Positions 34,113-42,516 of a DNA stretch of 64,000 nt are shown piece by piece. The stretch covers positions 11,284-75,283 of the forward strand of contig CAYRGJ010000006.1 of assembly GCA_964423835.1 (NCBI GenBank), written 5' to 3'. Numbering within the stretch: the stretch's first letter is position 1; each line of letters begins with the position of its first letter. The notes beneath the pieces were generated by a model. That model did no database searches. It saw only the letters and a program-made list of their open reading frames with translations, and had not been told where the DNA came from. This stretch comes from an uncultured Dehalococcoidia bacterium (GTDB lineage Bacteria > Chloroflexota > Dehalococcoidia > UBA2247 > RBG-13-53-26). Made by a program: the position numbers and the translations under genes.

Positions 34113-35348
34113 CTACTGCAGTGTGGGCCGTCCCCGGTCCTGGCCGGTTCTGGGCCTTGGGGTGCCCAGGAAAGCCAGGATGCCGCCCACCACCAGAAGG
34201 GCGCCGCCGAAGGCGTAGGCCAGGGACACTGCGATGGCGCCGCCGATACCGCTGACCAGCATGAAGACCCCTGCCGCCCTGGGCTTCGGTATGGAGATGG
34301 CCCCCCCGACGACGCCCAGAATCGACAGCCCGAGGGCAACGTAGCCCAGGTCGGTGATAGAGGCTCCCTCGATGTCGCCGAAGGCGGTGCTGATCCCTCC
34401 CATCACTATCGCCACTGTGGCGCCGATGCCGCCCGCGATTCCCCCGATGACGCCCAGGATAGTAGCGGCAATCCGGAGCGCCCGGGAGTGATGACCGGGG
34501 GCCGGAGCTGACGCCCCGGCGCCGCCGTTGGCCGTCTGCCGCGGCGCCTCCCTGCCTTTCCTGGCGGCCGCGCCCTGGGCTGCCACCTCCCTGGACCTCA
34601 CCGGAGGCCCCGATGGCGCCTTCTGCGGCTGCAGGCCGGCCGGCGCTGCTATGCCGGCGGATGAAGCGGCCCGCAGGAATCCCAGCAGGGGAGCCCTGGC
34701 GCTGGCATTCAGGACCATGATGTCCAGGGGTTCCGGCCGCTGCCGGAGGGACAGCCTCAGAAGGCCATCCAGCTGGCGCAGGTCCGAGTGCGCCTGGCTG
34801 CCCTTGAGCTCGATCACCTCGGCCAGGTCCCCATACTCTATCTGCAACAGGACGTCCAGCCTGCGGCTGCCCGGCCTTGAGGTGAAGATGATCAGCCGAT
34901 CGTTGGTTCCCATGAACCCGGCGATGGGTAGCATCGCGCTGGCATCGAAACCCTGCCAGAAGACATGGAAGTCAATGCTGGATCGGCCCGCCAGCACAAT
35001 GCCTTCGCCCTTGCGAGGCGACAGGGACCGGCTCAGGTCGCCGCGGATGTGCTCCTCGAAGGCCTCTGGTCCCCAACCGACGGCCCTGAACGCGGAGGCC
35101 CACTCCGCCGCGGATTCGGGCGTGGCTGGCGGCGGGGTGGCGCTGGCTTCAACATCCCTGGCCTCTTCCAGCCTGGCGCCGCACGCCCCGCAGAAGTTCA
35201 GGTTGGGATCAGAGGGCGTCCCGCACTCGGGGCAGGCCAGCATCAGCCTGGCGCCACACATGGCGCAGAAACGACTGCTGTTCTGGTTCTCTGCCGAACA
35301 GGCCTGGCACGTTGTGACCGCCTCAGTTCTACAGATAGTCAGTGTCAT
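34113..35348 (-). CDS. Double zinc-ribbon membrane protein (hypothetical)
   Basis: N-terminal CQACSAEN..FCAMCGARL and CPECGTP..FCGACGARL ribbons. Gly-rich multi-pass hydrophobic C-terminus. Confidence 0.6.
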   Translation of the reverse strand: MTLTICRTEAVTTCQACSAENQNSSRFCAMCGARLMLACPECGTPSDPNLNFCGACGARLEEARDVEASATPPPATPESAAEWASAFRAVGWGPEAFEEHIRGDLSRSLSPRKGEGIVLAGRSSIDFHVFWQGFDASAMLPIAGFMGTNDRLIIFTSRPGSRRLDVLLQIEYGDLAEVIELKGSQAHSDLRQLDGLLRLSLRQRPEPLDIMVLNASARAPLLGFLRAASSAGIAAPAGLQPQKAPSGPPVRSREVAAQGAAARKGREAPRQTANGGAGASAPAPGHHSRALRIAATILGVIGGIAGGIGATVAIVMGGISTAFGDIEGASITDLGYVALGLSILGVVGGAISIPKPRAAGVFMLVSGIGGAIAVSLAYAFGGALLVVGGILAFLGTPRPRTGQDRGRPTLQ

Positions 35349-35401
35349 AGAGTAAGACTCTAGGAGACCTGTACGCCAATGTCAAGGAGCACGTAAAGTG
35401 C

Positions 35402-35839
35402 CTATCGCCTGGCCACCATGACGGCTGCTTCATACTCAAGGACCTTCTCGCTATTCTGGTTGTGCATGGTGACCGTGATTCTGGCGATCCCACGGTCCGC
35501 CTTGGTCCTCGACGGACGCTTCCCGGTGCACTCCGTGACGCAGACCAGGCGGTCGCCTGGCCGGACCGGACGGAAGAACCGCGCTTTCCATTCACTGCCG
35601 CCCACAAACACCCCCCGCTCGCGGATGGGATTGGGAGCCGAGCTGGCGATCCCCAGGACATACAGCGCCGGCGCAATCAGGCCGCCATGCGGGGACCGTT
35701 TGGCGGCCTCACGGTCTGTGTGCATGGGCAGAGGGTCCCATTTCCGGGCGAAGGAGACCAGCTCCTCTTCGGTCACCAGGTATTCCGGAGCTGCCCATGG
35801 TTCATTCAAGGGAATGTCATCCAGATACCACTCCTCCAT
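35402..35839 (-). CDS. MaoC-like dehydratase (hot-dog fold)
   Basis: Trimmed to ATG 35839 after AGGAGG. WDPLPMHTD motif. Confidence 0.75.
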   Translation of the reverse strand: MEEWYLDDIPLNEPWAAPEYLVTEEELVSFARKWDPLPMHTDREAAKRSPHGGLIAPALYVLGIASSAPNPIRERGVFVGGSEWKARFFRPVRPGDRLVCVTECTGKRPSRTKADRGIARITVTMHNQNSEKVLEYEAAVMVARR

Positions 35840-36004
35840 TGGCGGTCGCACCTCCTTCTTCAGGCGGGGGCCTGCACACCCGCCCACACCGCTAGCCTCG
35901 CCTTCGGCAGACCATCGGGCGCCAGCTCATAGAACATGACGACCTTCATAGATATCCTTTCCGGGTTGGGTTGTGTCCGTATGCGGCGTGACCCTGGGGG
36001 ATTC

Positions 36005-36079
36005 TGGTAGCAGGGAGTGGATTTGAACCACTGACCAAGGGCTTATGAGTCCCCTGCTCTACCTCTGAGCTACCCTGCC
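36005..36079 (-). tRNA. tRNA with CAT anticodon (tRNA-Met; elongator type likely, Ile2 not excluded), CCA encoded
   Basis: Reverse complement folds by eye: GGCAGGG-TA-GCTC-AGAGGTA-GAGC-A-GGGGA-CTCATAA-GCCCT-TGGTC-AGTGG-TTCAAAT-CCACT-CCCTGCT-ACCA. Confidence 0.85.
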
Positions 36080-36284
36080 ACACTCAAAATCTAGCACAAG
36101 CCAGCGCAGAGTGTCAAAGGCCTGGCATCCCTTTTTCCGGTTGCCGGGTGGCGGGTTGATGGGATTTTGTGTCATCAACGCGGAGGCATGAGTCCGCCCC
36201 GTGACATGACCCCGCTATGATTCTGGCTGGTAGCATTCCCTTGCTCCGACCGCCCCCTCCGTGGCGGAAGTTGCCGAGGAGAAG

Positions 36285-36367
36285 ACTCTGTGAGCCATTC
36301 TGTGGCCGGAGCTGACTCTGTGAGCCATTCTGCGGCCGGAGAATACTCTGTGAGCCATTCTGCGGCC
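36285..36367. repeat. Tandem direct repeat, 30-bp period, 2.8 copies (ACTCTGTGAGCCATTCTG[T/C]GGCCGGAG...)
   Basis: Units start at 36285, 36315 and 36345. The repeat lies between the tRNA and the signal-peptide-like start of the large surface protein. Confidence 0.85.
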
Positions 36368-36415
36368 TTGGCCGCCTGGATACACAGGGTGTTGCGGGCG
36401 GTGCCGGTGCCTGGG

Positions 36416-39400
36416 ATGGCCGTGGCAGCAGCGCTGGCCGTGGCGCTGGCAAGCCTGGCCGTTCTTCCGGCCGCACCAGCCCCGCAAACCATCGACGCCA
36501 GGGCCCTGACCGCCAATGATGAGACGCCGGCCATCACCTGGGCTGATCCGGCCGACATCGTCTACGGCACCCCTCTGGGCGGCACGCAGCTCAACGCCGC
36601 CGCCTCTGTCCCGGGCACCTTCGCCTACACCCCGGGGGCCGGCACGGTGCTTCCGGCGGGTGCCGGCCAGACGCTGCATGTCGATTTCGTTCCCGAGGAC
36701 AGCGCCGGATATGGCCCGGCTTCGGCGGATGTGACCATCAACGTCCAAGCGATGGAGATAACGGTCTCCGCCGATGCCGGCAGCAAGACATACGGCGATC
36801 CTGACCCGGCCCTGACCTATCAGGTAGTCTCCGGCTCCATGGTGGGCAGTGATGCCTTCAACGGCGCCCTGGCCAGGGAGGCCGGCGAAGACGCGGGCAG
36901 CTACGATATCTATCGGGGGACCCTGGCCTTGAGCGACAACTACCATCTCGCCTTTGATGGGGCCGGCGCCGGTGGCGGGGAGGCCGGGATCGACACCCCG
37001 GTGTGCGTGGGCCCGGGAAGGGTCTACCGTCTGCGCTTCTCGGGGTCGATATCCGGCCCGTCCGAAAGCGGCAGCCGCATTGCGGAGCACGGCTCGAGCA
37101 GCCTCTACCTGTACTGGGAAGGGGAGGCCGATGGCGCGTCGCCGCCCCATGTCTGCGTCACCCAGGGCGACCGCGTGCAGCACCTGGGCCCGCTGACCGA
37201 CGCCGTCTACTACAGCAACCGCATCTGCTGGGTGGACGAGTCCGATTTCCTGGTGATCACCGGGGGCTACAATGGCACCGACCCGGATCTGGCGGTCATG
37301 CGCTACCACGTCGGCGACGGGACCATCTCGCTGGTGGGGACGGCCCGCTTCGGCAACAGCGCCTCCCGCTACCTCGACATGATCAAGCTCCAGAGCGGGG
37401 CCATGGTCATGTGCTGGTTTCAGAGGGCCTCCTTTGTGGAGACACCGCTCTACTTCTCGTACACCATGGACGGCCTGACCTGGCAGACACTGGCCTCGTC
37501 GGTGACCCCGGGTTACCAGGGGCAGTACAAGGGGGCGCTATGCCAGCACCCCGCGGACGGCTCCCTCTGGTTCTTCGGCCACGGTGACAGTTTCCACAAC
37601 ATGAACGGCTATCGCCTGGTGGAGTCGGCCGGCACCCTGTCTCTGGACTGGGCCGACCCCATGTTCATCACGGGCACCGGCCCGTCGGGCTCGGAGCTGG
37701 AGCCGGACCCTGAGTATCCCTGCATCGTCGCCATACCGGATGACGCCGCAGGCACCATCCTTCTGGCCTACCAGCGGGGAGCGGACCATGTCCGATGGTA
37801 CTGGGACGGGGCGCGCTGGTCTCTGGACCCGGCAGGCTTCGTCACCTACGTGCTGGTGAGCAAGGTGGCCGTTGTCGATGTTCAGGCGGACGGGACCTGT
37901 GCCCTGCGGACGGTGGTGGACCAGTATGTGGAAAGGATCAGCCCCTTCGGCATAGGCCTGCTCCCCGATGGCCGGCTCTGGTTCGTGGGCCTGTCGTGCG
38001 ACCAGTCGCGGACACCGCAGCGCATGCAGCGGCTGGTGGCCCTGACCGTCCCTGACTATGAGAGGCTCTACCTGCAGGGCGAGAACGAGAGCCCTTCAGA
38101 CTTCGTCTGCTCCGGAGACGAGGTTCTCTACGAGGCTGGGGATAACAGCCTCTTCAGCCTGGCCTGGCCTGACGCAAACGGCGGCGAAGACGATGCCGGC
38201 GACGTGGTGGGTACCTTCACCATCGTCCCCCGGCACATCACGGTGACCGCCCATGCCCAGGGCAAGGCATATGGCGCTGCCGACCCGGCCCTCACCTACA
38301 GCTGGGCGCCGGCGCTCACAGGGGGCGACAGCTTCAGCGGGTCTCTCAGCCGGGTGGCCGGGGAGGACGCGGGCTCATATGCCATCCACCAGGGCACCCT
38401 GTCCCTGTCCGGCAACTACACCATCACCTTCACCGGGGCCACCCTGACCATCGCGCCTCCGGTGCTCACCATCACCACCATCTCGCCGCTTCAGGCCGGC
38501 ACGGTCGGCGCGGCCTACTCCCAGACCCTGACCGCCTCCGGCGGCACGGCGCCCTGCGCCTGGTCCATCGACTCCGGCACACTGCCTGACGGTCTGGCCC
38601 TCAATCCCGCTACCGGTGAGATCTCCGGCACGCCCACCACGGCGGGCGGCCCCGTCACCATCACCTTCAGGGTCACCGACAGCGTGTCCGGGTCCGCCAC
38701 CGTGGACCTGTCGATCACCGTCGCCAAGGGCACGACTGCCGTCACCTGGGCCAACCCGGACGACATCGTCTACGGCACGGCGCTGGACGGCACCCAGCTC
38801 GATGCCGCCGCCTCCGTGCCCGGCGGCTTCGTCTACACGCCGGCCTCCGGGACCCTGCTGAACGCGGGTAACGGTCAGACGCTGCACGTGGACTTCACTC
38901 CCGCTGACACGGCCAACTACAACACGGCCTCCGCGGACGTAACCATCAACGTCAGCCCGCTGGGCATCACGGTCACCGCCGATGCCCAGGGCAAGACCTA
39001 CGGCGAGGCCGACCCGGCGCTGACCTACACCTGCACCCCGTCGCTCACAGGGAGCGCCGGCTTCAGCGGTTCGCTGACCCGTGAAGCCGGCGAGGACGCC
39101 GGAGCCTACGCCATCACCCTGGGGACACTGTCGCTCCCCGCCAACTACACCCTGACTTACGTCGGGGCCAACTTCACCATCAGTCCTCCGCCTCTGGCTA
39201 TCACCGCCGCTTCGCGGCTTCCGGACGGGAGGGTGGGGGAGGCCTACTATGAGGCCCTGACCGCCACCGGCGGCGTATCGACCTATACCTGGTCGGTTGA
39301 CTCGGGCGCGCTGCCTGACGGGCTGACGCTGGCGGCCGACGGGGCCATCAGCGGCACGCCCACCACGGCCGGCGGGGACAGCAGCATCACCTTCAGAGTG

Positions 39401-40537
39401 ACCGATGGCGTGGCCACCTCGGCCACCGTAGTGCTCCCCATCATGATAGCCAGGGGCACCCCGGTCGTCACCTGGGGCAGCCCAGACGCCATTGTGTACG
39501 GCAGTGCACTGGGCGGAGGGCAGCTTGGTGCCGCTGCCTCGGTGCCGGGCGAGTTCGTCTATACCCCGGCTGCGGGGACCCGGCTCGATGCCGGCAGCGG
39601 CCGGACGCTCCATGTGGATTTCACCCCCACCGACGCGGCCAACTACAACGCGGCCTCGGCGGAGGTGAGCATCACCGTGGTGCCTAGAGCGGTCACGGTC
39701 ACCGCCGGCGCGCTGAGCAAGACCTACGGCGACCCCGATCCCGCTTTCGCCCACCGCGTGAGCTCGGGTTCCGTGGTATCAGGTGATGCCTTCTCCGGCG
39801 CCCTGGCCCGTCAGCGTGGAGAGGACGTCGGAGCCTACGCCATACTCCAGGGCACCCTCAGCCTCAGCGCCAACTACCGCCTGACCTTCGTCGAGGGGAC
39901 GCTGAGGATAGACGCCAGAGACATCACGGTCACCCCGGATGACCGGAACAAGGCCTTCGGCGAGACGGTGGTCTTCGCCGGTTCGGAATTCACCGTCGAT
40001 GGTCTTCTGGAGGGCGATACCATAACCAGCGTGACCCTGGCGAGTGCCGGCGCGAACGGCGCCGCCCTGGCGGGGACCTATGGCATTCTGGCCGGCGATG
40101 CGGTCGGAGAAGGGCTGGAGAACTACACCATTACCTGTGGCAGCGGCACCCTGACCGTGGCCAGGGCCAGCCCTTTCGTAGGCCTGACCTGCTCTTCCGG
40201 ATCCGAGCGGCTGACGGGCAGCGCCCCGGTGGTCCTGGTGGCCACGGTCGCCGGGCCGGGCGCCACCGGCACGGTGACGTTCAAGGACGGGGAGACCCCG
40301 CTCATGAGCGCCTCACTGGTCAATGGCAATGTCACGTGCACCCTGTCATCGCTTCCTTCGGGGATTCACTCCATCACCGCCGTCTACAGTGGTGACGCCA
40401 ACTTCGCGGGCAGCATTTCAGCGCCCCTGGCTTTCACGGTTGAAGCCGCCAGCGGGTCCAGCCGGGCTCCGGTGGCCGCGGCGCTCGGCGCCGCGGCCGT
40501 CGGCCTGCTGTTTGTAGCGCTGAGGCGAGCGCGATAG
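36416..40537 (+). CDS. Large repeat-rich cell-surface protein (MBG-type and Ig-like repeats, BNR/Asp-box-containing central module, C-terminal TM anchor)
   Basis: ORF open from 36290. A signal-peptide-like MAVAAALAVALASLAVLPAAPA starts at ATG 36416 (a GTG a few codons upstream is also possible). Five or more KTYGDPDPALTY...GEDAGSY...NY modules. Two LPDGL..G.ISGTPT Ig modules. TMDGLTW Asp-box near 37462. C-terminus is hydrophobic followed by RRAR. Confidence 0.75.
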   Translation: MAVAAALAVALASLAVLPAAPAPQTIDARALTANDETPAITWADPADIVYGTPLGGTQLNAAASVPGTFAYTPGAGTVLPAGAGQTLHVDFVPEDSAGYGPASADVTINVQAMEITVSADAGSKTYGDPDPALTYQVVSGSMVGSDAFNGALAREAGEDAGSYDIYRGTLALSDNYHLAFDGAGAGGGEAGIDTPVCVGPGRVYRLRFSGSISGPSESGSRIAEHGSSSLYLYWEGEADGASPPHVCVTQGDRVQHLGPLTDAVYYSNRICWVDESDFLVITGGYNGTDPDLAVMRYHVGDGTISLVGTARFGNSASRYLDMIKLQSGAMVMCWFQRASFVETPLYFSYTMDGLTWQTLASSVTPGYQGQYKGALCQHPADGSLWFFGHGDSFHNMNGYRLVESAGTLSLDWADPMFITGTGPSGSELEPDPEYPCIVAIPDDAAGTILLAYQRGADHVRWYWDGARWSLDPAGFVTYVLVSKVAVVDVQADGTCALRTVVDQYVERISPFGIGLLPDGRLWFVGLSCDQSRTPQRMQRLVALTVPDYERLYLQGENESPSDFVCSGDEVLYEAGDNSLFSLAWPDANGGEDDAGDVVGTFTIVPRHITVTAHAQGKAYGAADPALTYSWAPALTGGDSFSGSLSRVAGEDAGSYAIHQGTLSLSGNYTITFTGATLTIAPPVLTITTISPLQAGTVGAAYSQTLTASGGTAPCAWSIDSGTLPDGLALNPATGEISGTPTTAGGPVTITFRVTDSVSGSATVDLSITVAKGTTAVTWANPDDIVYGTALDGTQLDAAASVPGGFVYTPASGTLLNAGNGQTLHVDFTPADTANYNTASADVTINVSPLGITVTADAQGKTYGEADPALTYTCTPSLTGSAGFSGSLTREAGEDAGAYAITLGTLSLPANYTLTYVGANFTISPPPLAITAASRLPDGRVGEAYYEALTATGGVSTYTWSVDSGALPDGLTLAADGAISGTPTTAGGDSSITFRVTDGVATSATVVLPIMIARGTPVVTWGSPDAIVYGSALGGGQLGAAASVPGEFVYTPAAGTRLDAGSGRTLHVDFTPTDAANYNAASAEVSITVVPRAVTVTAGALSKTYGDPDPAFAHRVSSGSVVSGDAFSGALARQRGEDVGAYAILQGTLSLSANYRLTFVEGTLRIDARDITVTPDDRNKAFGETVVFAGSEFTVDGLLEGDTITSVTLASAGANGAALAGTYGILAGDAVGEGLENYTITCGSGTLTVARASPFVGLTCSSGSERLTGSAPVVLVATVAGPGATGTVTFKDGETPLMSASLVNGNVTCTLSSLPSGIHSITAVYSGDANFAGSISAPLAFTVEAASGSSRAPVAAALGAAAVGLLFVALRRAR

Positions 40538-40543
40538 CGTGCC

Positions 40544-40561
40544 CGCCGGCCCGGGCCGGCG
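40544..40561 (+). terminator. GC palindrome after the surface-protein stop (weak terminator candidate)
   Basis: CGCCGGCCCGGGCCGGCG, a perfect 18-nt palindrome 7 nt after TAG 40535-40537. No T-tract. Confidence 0.3.
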
Positions 40562-40564
40562 CGA

Positions 40565-40593
40565 TCGACCCTGTACGAGCCCTGCTGTAAAAT
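40565..40593 (+). promoter_or_regulatory. Candidate promoter TCGACC-17nt-TAAAAT for mnmG
   Basis: The -10 ends 9 nt before ATG 40603, implying a very short or absent leader. Confidence 0.35.
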
Positions 40594-40602
40594 GGGATCG
40601 GG

Positions 40603-42516
40603 ATGCACGACCCGGAGCCAGTCTACGACGTCATCGTGATCGGGGCCGGCCACGCCGGCTGCGAGGCGGCCTTGGCGGCGGCCCGCATGGGGTGCTCTAC
40701 CCTGCTCTGCAGCCTGAACCTGGACAACATCGCCCTCATGCCCTGCAACCCCTCCATCGGCGGGCCGGCCAAGGGGCACCTGGTTCGGGAGATCGACGCC
40801 CTGGGCGGCGAGATGGGGCGGGCCACGGACCAGGCCTTCATCCAGGTCCGCATGCTCAACACGGGCAAGGGGCCGGCCGTTCAGGCCCCCCGGGCGCAGT
40901 GCGACAAGAAGGCCTACAGCTCCGGCATGAAGAGCACGCTGGAAAGACAGCCCCGACTGGCGCTGAAGCAGGCGCTGATCCATGAGATCGAGCCCATCGC
41001 GGCCGATGGCGGTCCCCGGCGGGGCCTGCGGGTGATCACGCACCTGGGGCAGGCGTACGAAGGCCGGACGGTGATACTGACCGCCGGCACATCGCTGGGG
41101 GGGCGCATCATCGTGGGGGACACCAGCTATGACGGCGGGCGCTGCGGTGAGCCGGCTGCGGCCGGGCTGTCGCAGAGCCTCAGAAGGCTGGGCCTTAAGC
41201 TGGGCCGGCTGAAGACGGGAACGCCGCCGCGGATCGACGCCCGGAGCATCGACTTCTCCCGGACCGCGCTGCAGCCCGGCAGCGCCTGGCCGATCCATTT
41301 CAGCTTCACCGCGGACGGCGGCCGCATCCCCCCCTTCCTGTCGGCTCCGGCCAACCCGGCGTACCCCCCGGGGCCGTCCGCCGCCTGGCGGCCCCAGTTG
41401 CCCTGCTACCTGGTATCCACCAATGCGCGGACGCATCAGATCATCCGGGCCAACCTCCACCGGGCGCCGCTCTTCACCGGAGCCATCAAGGGGACGGGCC
41501 CCCGTTACTGCCCCTCGATCGAGGACAAGATCGTCAAGTTCGCTCACAAGGAGTCGCACCAGCTCTTTCTGGAGCCCGAAGGCTGGGAGACGGCCGAGGT
41601 CTATGTCCAGGGGGCCAACACCAGCCTGCCCGAGGACGTTCAGCTGGAGGTCCTGCGGTCCATACCGGCCCTGGAAAGGGTGGAGATGATGCGGGTGGGG
41701 TATGCCATCGAATACGACTTCGTGCCGCCGTCCCAGACGGGGGCCAGGCTGGAATCGAGGGTGGTGCCGGGGCTGTTTCTGGCAGGGCAGGTGAACGGCA
41801 CCACGGGCTACGAGGAGGCCGCCGGGCAGGGGTTGATCGCGGGCATCAATGCCGCCAGCCTGGTGCTGGGCCGGCCGCCCCTGGTGCTGCGGCGGGACCA
41901 GGCCTACCTGGGGGTGATGATCGACGATCTGGTCACCCGGGAGCTGACCGAGCCCTACCGCCTGTTCACCTCCCGGGCCGAGTTCAGACTGCTGCTGCGG
42001 CAGGACAACGCCGACCTGCGGCTGACCCATCTGGGCTACGGGGCGGGGCTGGTGGACCGGGGCCGCCACCAGGCGGTGGAGGCCAAGCGGGAGACCATAG
42101 CCGCCGAGATCCGGCGGCTGGACCGGACCCACTTCCGGCCCCCCGGAGAGGCGCGCGCCACCAGCGTGGCCGCGTTCCTCAGGCGGCCGGAGACGAACTA
42201 CGGCGGTCTCCTTTCCCTGGGCGTGGGCTGCGGCGAGCTCGAGCCGGAGGCCCGGGACCAGGTGGAGATCGAGGTGAAGTACGCCGGGTACATCGAGATG
42301 CAGGCGAAGGAGATAGAGAGGGTGAGGCGGCTGGAGGAGTGGCGCGTGCCGCCGGACGTCGACTACGCCTCCCTGGCCGGCCTGCGCTTCGAAGCCGGCC
42401 AGAAGCTGAACCGGTTCCGCCCGGCCACCCTGGGGCAGGCCTCCCGGGTGGACGGCGTCACTCCGGCGGATGTGGCCGTGCTCATGGTGCACATGGAGAA
42501 GGCGAGGAGACGTTGA
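40603..42516 (+). CDS. mnmG: tRNA uridine 5-carboxymethylaminomethyl modification enzyme MnmG (GidA)
   Basis: 637 aa; YDVIVIGAGHAGCEAALAAARMG; GPRYCPSIEDK; GQINGTTGYEEAA-like motifs. Confidence 0.95.
   Translation: MHDPEPVYDVIVIGAGHAGCEAALAAARMGCSTLLCSLNLDNIALMPCNPSIGGPAKGHLVREIDALGGEMGRATDQAFIQVRMLNTGKGPAVQAPRAQCDKKAYSSGMKSTLERQPRLALKQALIHEIEPIAADGGPRRGLRVITHLGQAYEGRTVILTAGTSLGGRIIVGDTSYDGGRCGEPAAAGLSQSLRRLGLKLGRLKTGTPPRIDARSIDFSRTALQPGSAWPIHFSFTADGGRIPPFLSAPANPAYPPGPSAAWRPQLPCYLVSTNARTHQIIRANLHRAPLFTGAIKGTGPRYCPSIEDKIVKFAHKESHQLFLEPEGWETAEVYVQGANTSLPEDVQLEVLRSIPALERVEMMRVGYAIEYDFVPPSQTGARLESRVVPGLFLAGQVNGTTGYEEAAGQGLIAGINAASLVLGRPPLVLRRDQAYLGVMIDDLVTRELTEPYRLFTSRAEFRLLLRQDNADLRLTHLGYGAGLVDRGRHQAVEAKRETIAAEIRRLDRTHFRPPGEARATSVAAFLRRPETNYGGLLSLGVGCGELEPEARDQVEIEVKYAGYIEMQAKEIERVRRLEEWRVPPDVDYASLAGLRFEAGQKLNRFRPATLGQASRVDGVTPADVAVLMVHMEKARRR

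Noticed and set aside
35860-35949. 29-codon minus-strand ORF (MKVVMFYELAPDGLPKARLAVWAGVQAPA) upstream of the MaoC gene, whose first ~17 residues resemble the N-terminus of YciI-like proteins
   Set aside because: It is far too short to support. Other frames show no continuation of similarity. It may be a gene remnant or chance.
35402-36079. tRNA-Met as the integration site of a genomic island carrying the catabolic locus
   Set aside because: The tRNA 3' end faces the locus. However, I found no integrase or recombinase gene and could not spot a direct repeat of the tRNA 3' end elsewhere. The idea is not supportable from this window.
36285-36367. Possible CRISPR array
   Set aside because: The repeats are directly tandem with no spacers. 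There are only 2.8 copies, and no cas genes occur in the window.
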